Assembly: GCA_965215885.1 (NCBI GenBank)
Contig: CBDCEW010000095.1
Span: forward strand, 71,345-135,344
DNA length: 64,000 bases
Reading direction: 5' to 3'
DNA from: Candidatus Moanibacter sp.
GTDB taxonomy: Bacteria; Verrucomicrobiota; Verrucomicrobiia; Opitutales; UBA2987
The notes below the pieces were generated by a model. The model did not search any database. It had not been told where the DNA came from and worked only from the letters and a program-made list of their open reading frames with translations. The position numbers and the translations under genes were made by a program. Positions 19,089-29,315 of the stretch are shown in pieces; position 1 is the first letter of the stretch, and each line of letters starts with the position of its first letter.

Positions 19089-20096
19089 ATGGAAACCAAG
19101 ATGATTCGAGTGGCAATAGTCGGAGCCGGCGGCATCGGTAAAAAGCACGCGGCCTGTTATGAAGAAAATCCCCATACCGAAGTGGTGGCATTTTGTGACC
19201 TCGTCAAGGAACTCGCGGACAAGGCGGCGGAACCCTACGGTTGTCCCACCTTCACATCGGTGGCCGAACTGCTCGACTCGAATGTGGAAATAGACGCCGC
19301 CGGTGTTTGCACGGCCGGGGAAGAGAACGGCAGCCATCATTACGCGCCGACCATGGAACTGCTCAATGCGGGTATTCCGGTACTGGGCGAAAAGCCGATC
19401 TCGAACAATGTCGACGAGGCGAAGGAGATGGTTGCGCTGGCCAGGCAAAAAGGGCTTCGCTACGCCATCAATCTCAATCATCGATTCACTCCGGCGGCGC
19501 TACGGGCGCGCCAATGGCTCGATGAAGGGCGAATCGGGGAGATGAATTTTATCAACATGCGGATGTGGATTAACAATAAAAAGGAATCCAGCGAACATTT
19601 CCACATGCGCGCGCTTCATCCCCACTCTCTGGATGTAATGCGCTATTTCGCCGGCGATGTAAAAAGAGTGCACGCGTTCTTCAAAAAGGGAGAAGGAAGG
19701 AAAATCTGGTCCAACGTCCAGGTAAACCTTCAATTCGAAAACGGCGTCATCGGCCACCTCCTGGGTAGTTACGACGGTGGCGGACCCGGGACACCATGGG
19801 GTCTCGAAACATGCGAGATTGTCGGTTCGCAGGCACGCATAATCATTGAAGAAGCCTGTGAAAATCTGATCTTCAGTCCCCGATTTTCGCTCGAGAAGGA
19901 GTCTTATGAACATCTGAGCGGCATGAAGAATTTCGGAGAGACCTTTCAATCCCGTATCGACGCCTGGGTCGATGATCTTCGTAACGAAACCGCTCCCGAC
20001 CAGGTAAACGCCAGGGCGGAGGACGCCCTCAAGGTCCAGCTGATCATCGAGGCCGCTATTCGAAGCTGGTCCGATGGAACGGTCGTGGAAGTCTAG
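19089..20096 (+). CDS. Gfo/Idh/MocA oxidoreductase
   Basis: VAIVGAGGIG, EKP, NHRF. Confidence 0.9.
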   Translation: METKMIRVAIVGAGGIGKKHAACYEENPHTEVVAFCDLVKELADKAAEPYGCPTFTSVAELLDSNVEIDAAGVCTAGEENGSHHYAPTMELLNAGIPVLGEKPISNNVDEAKEMVALARQKGLRYAINLNHRFTPAALRARQWLDEGRIGEMNFINMRMWINNKKESSEHFHMRALHPHSLDVMRYFAGDVKRVHAFFKKGEGRKIWSNVQVNLQFENGVIGHLLGSYDGGGPGTPWGLETCEIVGSQARIIIEEACENLIFSPRFSLEKESYEHLSGMKNFGETFQSRIDAWVDDLRNETAPDQVNARAEDALKVQLIIEAAIRSWSDGTVVEV

Positions 20097-20653
20097 TCCG
20101 CTTATTTCGCAAAATAGGCGGGCTAGAAAGCGAACGCTGGAATAGAAAAGAAACCACGGATTACACTGATTGCACGGATGGCACATCCCGCTGAGCGGCA
20201 CTATTCATCAGACTCTGCTAGATTGGCATTCGGAAATGGAAAACAGGGAATTGACTATACTTAGAGACCGATGCAGGAGTCTACTTCGCCTCTCTGCTGT
20301 ATGGCAGAGCCTGAAGCGCGAAAAAGAGCATTCCCAAGAGCGCTTACGCACCATTAGCCAACCAACAGCGCTCTTGGAAATGCTCTTCGTTGCCCTTCAT
20401 TCATTCGCTGCTCCCTCTAATTCTCCACTTTCACTCTTTCCACCCGTGGTACTGCGGAGCCATCCGTGGGCATCCTCCTCCTCTCTTATTACTCTTCGTT
20501 TCCTTCTGTTAAACTCTCCGTGGTTTTCTGTGCTTCCCACGGCACGGCGCAGCGGAGCGGAGACGGCTCCGTCGTCCTCTGTACATCCTCCGTTGCTTTA
20601 GCGAAGGAGGGATGACCCCTCTTTCTTTCTTCAGTATATCGACATAACTCAAA

Positions 20654-21451
20654 ATGAGAATCGGCATCAACTCAGTCCTCTTCGGCGGTTACGACATGGA
20701 GACCGCCTTCAAATATACCGCGCTCTGCGGCTACGACGGGATCGAAGTCTCCGCCATAAAAAGCATGAGCGAACACCTCGTCATCAATCAGTGGCGAGAA
20801 TGCGCTCCCGAGGTCAAACGGCTCGCCGGTGAATATGGCCTCGAACTCCTCGCGATGGAACAACCCTCCACCGATCCTGATACTATGGAGTCCGCCATGC
20901 AGGCCGCCGTGGAGACCGGAATTCCGATTATCAATTGCGGCCCGGGCGGTTCAACCGATGACCCCTTTTCCATTCAGGGGACCATCGATACTTTGGGTAA
21001 ACTCTCGGAGCGAGCGGAGCATTACGGTGTAACCCTTTGCGTAAAGGCACATGTTGGAAGAGCGGTTTACAACACTCCGACCTCGCTGCAAGTTCTCGAA
21101 GCAATAGATTCGCCCGCCTTTGGACTGGATATGGACCCGAGCCATATCCACCGGGCAAACGAAAATCCCGTCGAAGCGATAGCGGCGGTCGTCCATCGAA
21201 TAAAGCACATACACATCCGCGACTGCAAAGGCCGCGAGTCTGGCCCGGGTAAACCTGAGCTGCAGGCGAACGGACGGGGAGACATCGACCTTGTCGGCTA
21301 TATCCGTGTCTTGCATGAAAACGGTTATACAGGACCGGTAAATCTCGAAGTGATCGGCGCGAAGGAATACGATCTGCCGGCATGCGTCGCCATTGCGGCG
21401 GAGACGAAAGGTCACCTGCAAGCCTGCCTGCAGGCTTGTGGCGCGCGCTAG
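20654..21451 (+). CDS. Sugar phosphate isomerase/epimerase (xylose isomerase-like TIM barrel)
   Basis: GYDGIE, DPSH, HIHIRD, GRGDID, GYTGPVNLE. Confidence 0.85.
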   Translation: MRIGINSVLFGGYDMETAFKYTALCGYDGIEVSAIKSMSEHLVINQWRECAPEVKRLAGEYGLELLAMEQPSTDPDTMESAMQAAVETGIPIINCGPGGSTDDPFSIQGTIDTLGKLSERAEHYGVTLCVKAHVGRAVYNTPTSLQVLEAIDSPAFGLDMDPSHIHRANENPVEAIAAVVHRIKHIHIRDCKGRESGPGKPELQANGRGDIDLVGYIRVLHENGYTGPVNLEVIGAKEYDLPACVAIAAETKGHLQACLQACGAR

Positions 21452-21467
21452 GAGTCTCCGTCACCCA

Positions 21468-22466
21468 ATGAGAAAAGGCATCGGCATCCTCGGTTGCGCC
21501 CATGGTCATATTAATTCCTACTGCAACCGCTGGCGGAATGAACTCTCAGACCAGGTTGAGCTCGTCGCCGGGTGGGACCACGATGCCGAACGTTTGAGAA
21601 ATGCGGCCGTCACACACGGGTTCGCGGCAAGCGAGTCAGTCGAGCAATTGCTCTCTCGAGAGGATATTGACGCGATCGTAATCGGTTCGGAAACCGCATT
21701 TCATGCCGAGCATGTCGAAGCCGCCGCCGCCGCCAAAAGAACGATTATTTTGCAAAAGCCGATCGCTCTCACCCTGGAAGAAGCCACCCGGATCGTTACA
21801 GCTGTTAATACGAACAGGATCCCTTTTACCATGGCATGGCAGATGCGGGTCGATCCTGAAAATCTCAAGATGAAGGAACTCGTCGATTTAGGCGTGATTG
21901 GTCGCGTCCTCATGGCGCGGCGTCGCCACTGCCTGAAAACCCATCAAATGGCCGGGTTTGAAGACAGCTGGCACGTCAAACCGGAACTCAATCGCGGAAT
22001 GTGGGCGGATGACGCCGCTCATGCGATCGACTTCCTTTTATGGATGTTCGGAGCACCGAAGACCGTGGTCGCGGAAATTGATACGCTGGTCAACCCCAAG
22101 GTTCCTGACGATTCCGGCATCGCTGTTTACCGCTACGCCGATGGGTTGTTCGCTGAAGTCGTCAGCTCTTTTACCGCCACCGCCGGCGAGAACACGACTG
22201 AGATTCTGGGTGAGAAAGGAATCATTATTCAAAATTTCGGAGACCAGCCGAGCGCCGCGGCGCCAAAACCGAACGGGGCCATCGCTCTTAAGTGGTTTCT
22301 CGATGAAGACGACACCTGGCACTACGGCGAATTCGAACCCTGCAGCCGACAGACCGACCGAATCGCAGGCCTGGCCGAACCGCTTGCCGAATTTATCAAC
22401 GGCAAGAGACCGCCCCTCGCGACCGCCGAGGAAGGGCGACGGATCAGAATTTCCGATATCGGATAA
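21468..22466 (+). CDS. Gfo/Idh/MocA oxidoreductase (last helix possibly deleted)
   Basis: GILGCAHGH, QKP, GMWADDAAHAID. Confidence 0.85.
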   Translation: MRKGIGILGCAHGHINSYCNRWRNELSDQVELVAGWDHDAERLRNAAVTHGFAASESVEQLLSREDIDAIVIGSETAFHAEHVEAAAAAKRTIILQKPIALTLEEATRIVTAVNTNRIPFTMAWQMRVDPENLKMKELVDLGVIGRVLMARRRHCLKTHQMAGFEDSWHVKPELNRGMWADDAAHAIDFLLWMFGAPKTVVAEIDTLVNPKVPDDSGIAVYRYADGLFAEVVSSFTATAGENTTEILGEKGIIIQNFGDQPSAAAPKPNGAIALKWFLDEDDTWHYGEFEPCSRQTDRIAGLAEPLAEFINGKRPPLATAEEGRRIRISDIG

Positions 22467-22490
22467 CTCGAAATCAAAGCGGTATTACAC

Positions 22491-23894
22491 ATGGCACAGA
22501 AAAAGAAGACTCGATTCCCCAACATCCTGCTAATCGCTATCGACTCGTTGCGACGGGATCATATGAGCTGCTACGGCTATGAGCGGCTGACGACTCCACA
22601 CATCGACCGCTTCGCGGAGGACGGCACGCTCTTTGAGGACACCTTTTCAGCACATATTCCGACGACTTCGGCCTATGCCTCCATGCTCACGGGACGCGAC
22701 TGCTTCGGCACGGAAGTGGTAGCCCTACGGCACAAGGGAGGTCTCACGAAGAAGGTAACGACGCTCCCTGAAATCCTGAGAAAGGAGGGATTTAATACCA
22801 CCTGCGTCGGCTTTACCGGAAATCCATCTTCCCGCGGATTCTCGAAGTACCTGGACTATACCGCCTGGGGCGACTGGAGCGAACGACCCCTGAGGAAAGC
22901 GGAACTGTTGAACGATATGGCGCTCCCCGAGATGGATCGGCTGAACCGATCAAAGAAACCGTGGTTCATGATGCTCCGGCACATGGATCCCCATGCGCCT
23001 TATCTACCGCCTGCGCCCTATGATTGGATGTTTTACGGAGGCAATCCTTGCGACCAAATAAACAAGAGCATGGAGCCTGTCAGGAAATTCAAACCTTTCG
23101 GGGATTTTCACCTTTCATGGATGCCTCCCGGAATCACGGACCGGCACTTCGTCGACGCGCAATACGATGGCGCCGTGGCCTACATGGACGCATGCATCGC
23201 TGTGATATTCAGGAAACTGGAGGCGCTAGGTATCCTCGATGATACTATCGTGGCGCTAAACGGCGACCATGGCGAAACCCTCTACGAGCACGATTGCTTT
23301 TACGACCACCACGGTCTTTACGAGCCCACCCTGGTCGTGCCCTTAATCATACGCTATCCGAAGAAATTGCCCGCGGGCCGGCGCGTCTCCGGAAACAATC
23401 AGCACAGGGACCTGGTGCCTACCCTGCTCGAGTTGGCCGGCGTCAAAACCGGTCTGAAATTCGACGGCCGGCCATTGACGCGCCTGGTCAAGGGACAAGC
23501 GGCGAGTTTCGAGTCGGATTTCTACATCACCGAGTGCACCTGGATGCGGAAGCACGGCTGGCGCACACCGGAATGGAAATTGATAGTCGCGCTCGAGCCG
23601 GACTTTCACTTCAAGCCCGAGGTCGAACTCTATAACCTGGTGGAAGATCCGCTCGAGCTGAAGAACGTGGCCAAGCAACATCCGGACATCGTGGCGCATT
23701 TGAAGCAGCGGATGGATGCCCACATTGCTCGAAGAGAGAAGGCGCTGGGCATAACGAATCCTATGCTTACGCAGGGTGATTGGCACGGGGAGAGTGGAGT
23801 GGGGGCATTCAAAACGAGCCGGCAGGCCTATGATACTTTGCATATTGGAACCGCTTCGGCCGCCCAGCGGCTACAGGCCCAATCCCGCAAATAA
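22491..23894 (+). CDS. Sulfatase-like hydrolase (alkaline phosphatase superfamily)
   Basis: PNILLIAIDSLRRDH, TPHID, DPHAPY, GDHGE, HHGLY, ELYNL..DP.E. Confidence 0.9.
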   Translation: MAQKKKTRFPNILLIAIDSLRRDHMSCYGYERLTTPHIDRFAEDGTLFEDTFSAHIPTTSAYASMLTGRDCFGTEVVALRHKGGLTKKVTTLPEILRKEGFNTTCVGFTGNPSSRGFSKYLDYTAWGDWSERPLRKAELLNDMALPEMDRLNRSKKPWFMMLRHMDPHAPYLPPAPYDWMFYGGNPCDQINKSMEPVRKFKPFGDFHLSWMPPGITDRHFVDAQYDGAVAYMDACIAVIFRKLEALGILDDTIVALNGDHGETLYEHDCFYDHHGLYEPTLVVPLIIRYPKKLPAGRRVSGNNQHRDLVPTLLELAGVKTGLKFDGRPLTRLVKGQAASFESDFYITECTWMRKHGWRTPEWKLIVALEPDFHFKPEVELYNLVEDPLELKNVAKQHPDIVAHLKQRMDAHIARREKALGITNPMLTQGDWHGESGVGAFKTSRQAYDTLHIGTASAAQRLQAQSRK

Positions 23895-24238
23895 CCCTAC
23901 CTGCCTGCCGAACTTTATAATTCTATCGGAAGAGTTACTCAGTTTCATTCCGGTCCCGGCTTGCCGGGACTAAGGAATCTGTCGGTCTCATCTTCGTCGT
24001 GATCTACATTTCTCACCCAAGAATTTCGTACTTCAAGGATGTTTGAAAATCTATGACCGACAGATTCCTAGCCCGAAAATTTCACAAGCCATCTGCTCCA
24101 ACTGCGGATGTCACAGCGCCTCAAGGACTTCCCTCGTCCGCCGACTTCCACGTGTTCCAACACGCCGTCACCCGCCGGACTTTGGTAAGCCCCTGATCCG
24201 CGGCAACCTCCGCAGTCTCGCTTCGAAGTGTGTGAAAT

Positions 24239-25213
24239 ATGCGGGCTAGCTCAATCTTGAACGATCCAGAGTCAACCGATTCACATCGACCCTACTTCGG
24301 GATCGGTCTCGCCCTCTTTACGACTCTCGCCTGGGGCCTACTTCCTCCGATCCTCAAGGTTCTCATCTCGGAAGTCGACCCGATCACGCTGACCTGGTAT
24401 CGCTTTGCGGGATCCGCTACGATCATCGCCGCGGTCAGTGGACGCAGAGAGCTCCAAAGATTCGCCAATGGGATTAACCTCCTTACGGGGTGTCTGCTGT
24501 TCCTCGCCGGCGCAGGGCTCACGGCAAACTATTTTCTATACCTGAAGGGTCTCGAACATCTGACGCCCAGCGTGGCGCAAATCATCATGCAGATCGCGCC
24601 CTTCTTCGTGCTTCTGGGCGGCGTTTTCATCTTTGGGGAACGGTTCTCCCGTCGGCAGTGGCTCGGCCTTCTAGCCCTGGCAGCCGGCTCCGCGTGTTTC
24701 TTCAACCAGCGATATTCCGAGTTTCATGCGATTCCTTCCACCTACACGCGCGGTGTTTTGCTTCTGGTAAGTTGTGCTGTGATGTGGGCCGCGTTCATCC
24801 TTTTGCAGAAAAAGCTCGTACAGTCCTTTGGATCGCGGATCATTATGTTCGCCTGTTATCTTGTGGGCACTCTCGTTCTGCTGCCGCGTGTTTCCCATCA
24901 ATCCGTCGGTGCGCTCTCGGCCGAGATGATGCTCCTCCTCGTCGTCGCCATCCTCATCACGGTTTCCTCCTATCTGGCATTCACGACTGCTTTGCGGCAT
25001 ATCGAAGCCACGCGCGCCGGTCTGTTCATCGCCAATGTTCCCCTCGTCACGCTCCTCGCGATGCTCATCCTGGGTGAACGGGTTGCCCGCCTGGAACCCG
25101 AAAACCTGAACGCGCTGGCCGTCTTTGGGGCCGTCCTTGTCGTCGCGGGCACGATGATCGCCGCCATAAAACCGTCCCGCCGTGACGAAATCACCCCCGT
25201 CCCGCCCGAATGA
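24239..25213 (+). CDS. DMT/EamA family transporter
   Basis: About ten hydrophobic segments, WG, RF, IFGERF. Confidence 0.9.
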   Translation: MRASSILNDPESTDSHRPYFGIGLALFTTLAWGLLPPILKVLISEVDPITLTWYRFAGSATIIAAVSGRRELQRFANGINLLTGCLLFLAGAGLTANYFLYLKGLEHLTPSVAQIIMQIAPFFVLLGGVFIFGERFSRRQWLGLLALAAGSACFFNQRYSEFHAIPSTYTRGVLLLVSCAVMWAAFILLQKKLVQSFGSRIIMFACYLVGTLVLLPRVSHQSVGALSAEMMLLLVVAILITVSSYLAFTTALRHIEATRAGLFIANVPLVTLLAMLILGERVARLEPENLNALAVFGAVLVVAGTMIAAIKPSRRDEITPVPPE

Positions 25214-25269
25214 AATCGGAGAGAGCCGAAGAAACGGAGACAGGGAAAGGGGGGGAGAAACTTAGGGTG

Positions 25270-25530
25270 ATTCTTTGTCGCGAGCTTTGTCGTCAACTTT
25301 GTCGCCGTTTTCGGTAGATTGCTCGATGAGGTTCACGACGAAGTTTGGAGGAGCTTTCTACCCCGTAAGGGAACCTTTGTCGTCAGCTTGGTCGCGAGCT
25401 TTGTCGATGTTATCGGTCGCTCTTCCGAGGAAGCTTATGACGAAGCCTAGTGTCGAACGCCCAACATCCAACGTCCAACGCCCAACATCGAAGTAAAGAA
25501 TTTCGGCGTTCGATGTTCAGTCCGGGTTCT
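25270..25530. repeat. Low-complexity intergenic repeats (CTTTGTCG units; CCAACGT/CCAACGC heptamers)
   Basis: Directly visible. Confidence 0.6.
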
Positions 25531-26315
25531 AACTCCCAAAACCCCCACACTTCTGCCGCTGTCCTTCCCATTACCCACTCAACATCATCGCCTTCCCTGA
25601 ATGCGGGATGACGGCGAACTCCATCCAGTGTATTTTCATAGCCCTCGCGTCCGGCGCTGGGTGGAAAATCAGATCCCCACATCATTCGCCGCGCCCCGAA
25701 CGCCTCCTTGGCCATTTCGAAAAGGGGTGGCAGGTTCTCAAATCTGAATTCCGGCGCCAACACCGATGGACGACGGCAGATTTCACCCAACCCGGGCACC
25801 TTGAGAAAAGTGTTTGGATACCGCGCACTATCGAGGGCGGATTCATAGTCCTTATAAGGCGGTTCAGTGATCCCCACGCCGGCCAGGTGCTCGATTACGA
25901 TCTTGGTATCTGCACATGATTTGACAATCTGCTTGAAACCGTCAGACGCGAAATCCGCCGAATCGCCGAGAGAGCTGACTACGAGACCCAGCTCGCCCGC
26001 TTTCGCCCAGAGGTCATGCGGATGTTGGGTGTTGAACATCTGCCCGGGTTTAATCCTTACACCGGCCGCGCCCTGCTCCGCCAGCCTGGTCAGGTCCCCT
26101 AACGGGTCGGAACTGTGCGGATCCACCAGCACGACTATTCGAAAACGGCCCGGCCGTTTCGTCGACTCGGAGAACAGATAGTCGTTGTCGTAAGTGCCGC
26201 CGTGCTGTATCAGTACCGCTGCCTTAACCCCGCATCGGTCCATCTGAAACTCAAGCGTCTCGATCGGTTCGAACCAGTTTCTTCCCGCGTGACAGTGGGA
26301 ATCGATCACCAGCAT
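25410..26315 (-). CDS. Amidohydrolase family 2 protein
   Basis: IDSHCH, IEHLA, MWGSDFP; the last 40 codons run into repeats, true end probably near 25530 (one base fewer would give WGFGS-stop). Confidence 0.85.
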   Translation of the reverse strand: MLVIDSHCHAGRNWFEPIETLEFQMDRCGVKAAVLIQHGGTYDNDYLFSESTKRPGRFRIVVLVDPHSSDPLGDLTRLAEQGAAGVRIKPGQMFNTQHPHDLWAKAGELGLVVSSLGDSADFASDGFKQIVKSCADTKIVIEHLAGVGITEPPYKDYESALDSARYPNTFLKVPGLGEICRRPSVLAPEFRFENLPPLFEMAKEAFGARRMMWGSDFPPSAGREGYENTLDGVRRHPAFREGDDVEWVMGRTAAEVWGFWELEPGLNIERRNSLLRCWALDVGCWAFDTRLRHKLPRKSDR

Positions 26316-26332
26316 CGGTTCATAATTCTCGG

Positions 26333-26494
26333 TCAGGTTCCTCCTGCAGTCGGCGAATGAATCTCGATCTCCTCTTTGATTACGGTGCCGGAATCATCGA
26401 TCCTGAGTCGCCGATTATCGCCCAAGTGCCAAACCGCCAATACGAAGGAAATCAAACCCACTGCAAGAGCTAAGGTGCGAAGTGTTGCCGGCAT
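26333..26494 (-). CDS. Small single-pass membrane protein (53 aa)
   Basis: MPATLRTLALAVGLISFVLAVWHLG..., fills the gap between co-oriented genes. Confidence 0.35.
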   Translation of the reverse strand: MPATLRTLALAVGLISFVLAVWHLGDNRRLRIDDSGTVIKEEIEIHSPTAGGT

Positions 26495-26531
26495 ATTTCC
26501 ACCATAACGCGTTCGTAAACTCGGTCAACAT

Positions 26532-27395
26532 CTACTTCAGAGCCGGACCGGGGTTACGATTCCATTCGATGCTTGGGGCATCACCGCTGTAGACTGGAAC
26601 TACCGGCTGGAGGCGTTTGAGGGCGGATTCAGACCAGCCTTCCGTAAGATCCGGGCGGACCAGGTAAGCCTGCATGCATTCCGGTAAACCGTAAAACGCA
26701 GGAAGATACCAGAGAGTAATAACGGTCCTGCGTTGATCGCTCCTGTTCGCGTGGGCGCTGTGGAGAATACGGGAATCGCCGACAACCAGATCACCCGCCT
26801 TGACGCAGACATCGATCTCACCATCAGCCAACTGAAAGGCGGGATGCTCCGGATCGGTCAAACCGGCGAGATCCTTCGTATGGGCTTCCGGTGAAGCATC
26901 GTGGAGGTAGTGGCGTTTCAGGTGGCTTCCGGGTATCAGACGCAGGCATCCATTCTGGGGTGTGGTATCGACAAGATAGTACATAAAGAACAGCTGCTGC
27001 GGGACTGGTTGGTAACTGACCGGATCGTTCCAACCCCACCAATCCTGATGCCAGAAAAGGGGTGGGCTATGGGGTGGTTTGCTGATCACATAGCCCGAAG
27101 AGAATACGGGCCTGTCGAAACCCAATAAACGGAGAGTGCCAAGCGCTTTTGGCCAAGTAACCAGTTCCGCGAAAAAGGGATCCCGATGAACATTTATCAG
27201 ACTTCCGGTGGACTTTTGAGTCTCGAAATGCTCGGCGTCCTCGCTGCCGAGAACTCGGAGGGCGGCATCATCGACCCGCTGCAGCATCTCCGCATTCAGG
27301 ATATTCTTCAATACGCAAAAGCCCTGCTCGAGAAGCTGGTTGTATTCTCTCCCGCCGGAGCTGGTCTTCATCGAGTGTTCGCCTACATCCTGCAT
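26532..27395 (-). CDS. Phytanoyl-CoA dioxygenase (PhyH) family protein
   Basis: WHQD, NGCLRLIPGSH, AGD, LHSAHAN.S..RR. Confidence 0.9.
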   Translation of the reverse strand: MQDVGEHSMKTSSGGREYNQLLEQGFCVLKNILNAEMLQRVDDAALRVLGSEDAEHFETQKSTGSLINVHRDPFFAELVTWPKALGTLRLLGFDRPVFSSGYVISKPPHSPPLFWHQDWWGWNDPVSYQPVPQQLFFMYYLVDTTPQNGCLRLIPGSHLKRHYLHDASPEAHTKDLAGLTDPEHPAFQLADGEIDVCVKAGDLVVGDSRILHSAHANRSDQRRTVITLWYLPAFYGLPECMQAYLVRPDLTEGWSESALKRLQPVVPVYSGDAPSIEWNRNPGPALK

Positions 27396-27559
27396 CCCGT
27401 AAAGATTGCCTTTGCTCGTACCGCGTCAAGCGGTTCTTCAATTGTCCAATCATTATCTTTGTAGATCACGACCCAAGGTCGACCAGACTTCTCCTCTCCC
27501 CTTCTCCGTTTCCCCGTGTCTCCGTCTCTCTCCGATCCCCCCTCCCATCGAAACTCGCA

Positions 27560-27835
27560 ATCGTGATCTCCAGTCGATCTTCCCTATTTTCGAATTTAGA
27601 TTACGATTAAAGGATTCCGACAGGATAATCAATCCGCTCTCCCTCTCCCATCGTGTCTCTTAATCGTGATCTCCTGTCGATCTTCTCCTCGTTCGATTTT
27701 AGATCACGACTATGATCACGATGGGAACATTGAATGGGTTTCCCCTCTCCCATTGTGGCTCTCAATCGTTATCTCCCATCAATCTTTCGTCGATCGAATT
27801 TAGATCACGATTTAGATCACGATTGTGATCACGAT
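27560..27835. repeat. Three degenerate units of about 100 bp with ATCGTGATCT/AGATCACGAT arms
   Basis: Units start near 27560, 27663 and 27765. Confidence 0.65.
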
Positions 27836-27917
27836 GGAGGATCTCACAAACCCCCTGAAATCACATCCAGATAGTGGATTATCTCCGCGAATTTCGAACG
27901 CTAAGTCCGACAGATTC

Positions 27918-29138
27918 CTAAATCTCGTCCCACGGAATCGGCTGGTTCAAGTCGATCTTCGGCAATTCTTCCTCAATCGCTTCGGGATATTTCTGGGCGG
28001 CGCCGGTATTGAATACGACGACTCGTTCGTTCAGTAGGATGTCGCCCTTTGCGATCAGCCGGTCGAGCACACCCAGACAGACCGCCGTCTCCGGGCAGAT
28101 CGGAATCCCTTCCAGGGATACTGCAAGTTGCATCCATCTCCCGATCTCCTCTTCGGGCGCGGCCATAGCGGTGCCTCGGCTTTTTCTGACCGCATCGATG
28201 ATCATGAAATCACCGACCGCGGAAGGTACCCGTAACCCGCTCGCAATCGTCTCGGCGTTTTCGAAACGCTCAGCGAATCGTTTGCCCTGCTCAAAGGCGG
28301 TGACGATGGGGGCGCAGCCAGTGCTCTGGCAGGCGATCATGCGCGGCATTTTCGGCGACTTCAGCCAACCGATCGCTTTCAGTTCTCCAAAGGCCTTCCA
28401 CATGCCTATCAATCCCGTGCCGCCGCCGGTGGGATACAGAATAACGTCAGGGAGTATCCACTCCAATTGTTCGGCCAGTTCGAGCCCCATCGTCTTTTTT
28501 CCCTCGATGCGGTAAGGTTCCTTGAGCGTTGATAGGTTGAACCAACCCTTTTCCCTCTCTCCTTGACCCACGATCTTACCGCACTCGTCGATCAGGCCAT
28601 TTACAACGAAGGTCTTCGCACCGGCTAGAAAGCATTCCTTTTTGTTAATGGCCGGCGTGTCCTCGGGCATGAATACCCATGATTTCATTCCGGCACGGGC
28701 GGCGTAGGAAGCCATCGCGCCACCGGCATTTCCCGCCGTCGGTGCAGCCAGCTTCTCGAGGCCGAATTCCCTGGCCATGGTGATGGCCATGGCCATCCCC
28801 CGAGCCTTGAAACTTCCCGTCGGTAGCCGGCTCTCATCTTTTATTAGCAGATTCCTGAGACCGAAGTGCTCCCCAAGCCGTGGTGCAGCCAGAAGAGGAG
28901 TATTGGTTTCGCCAAGAGAAATGATGTTGGCCGGGTCGGCTACCGGCAGAAGCTCGAGATAACGCCAGAGTGTGCGTGGTCGATCGATGAGATCACTCTT
29001 CCTGAAATTCTCCTTTACCCCCTCAAGGTCATACCGCACCCAAAGCGGCCGCTGGCAGGCCGTGCACAGGTTGTGTACTTTGCCCGCTCGGTATTTCTTA
29101 CCACAGTTGGCGCATTCCAGGTGCGTAACATACGACAT
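27918..29138 (-). CDS. thrC: Threonine synthase-like PLP enzyme
   Basis: SLGETNTP, PTGSFKARG, EGKKT, PTGGG, FNTG; N-terminal zinc ribbon. Confidence 0.85.
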   Translation of the reverse strand: MSYVTHLECANCGKKYRAGKVHNLCTACQRPLWVRYDLEGVKENFRKSDLIDRPRTLWRYLELLPVADPANIISLGETNTPLLAAPRLGEHFGLRNLLIKDESRLPTGSFKARGMAMAITMAREFGLEKLAAPTAGNAGGAMASYAARAGMKSWVFMPEDTPAINKKECFLAGAKTFVVNGLIDECGKIVGQGEREKGWFNLSTLKEPYRIEGKKTMGLELAEQLEWILPDVILYPTGGGTGLIGMWKAFGELKAIGWLKSPKMPRMIACQSTGCAPIVTAFEQGKRFAERFENAETIASGLRVPSAVGDFMIIDAVRKSRGTAMAAPEEEIGRWMQLAVSLEGIPICPETAVCLGVLDRLIAKGDILLNERVVVFNTGAAQKYPEAIEEELPKIDLNQPIPWDEI

Positions 29139-29315
29139 GTGCGTCGATTGATACCTCTCGGTAATCGGTCAGCAAGGGAATTCTTCTCTACTGACTGATA
29201 ATCCGTTTTCCCATTTGACGGGACAGGGAGGCTTTATAAAGCTGTCGTTCAATTGACCTTGATCAATCAACGCGACCAAGTCTAAATCCCTGGAATTTCT
29301 TCTCCTTTTCTGAAA

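Noticed and set aside
27560..27835. CRISPR array (also considered for 8399-8668 and 25270-25530)
   Set aside because: Repeats are too long or degenerate, there are no uniform unique spacers, and no cas genes are present.
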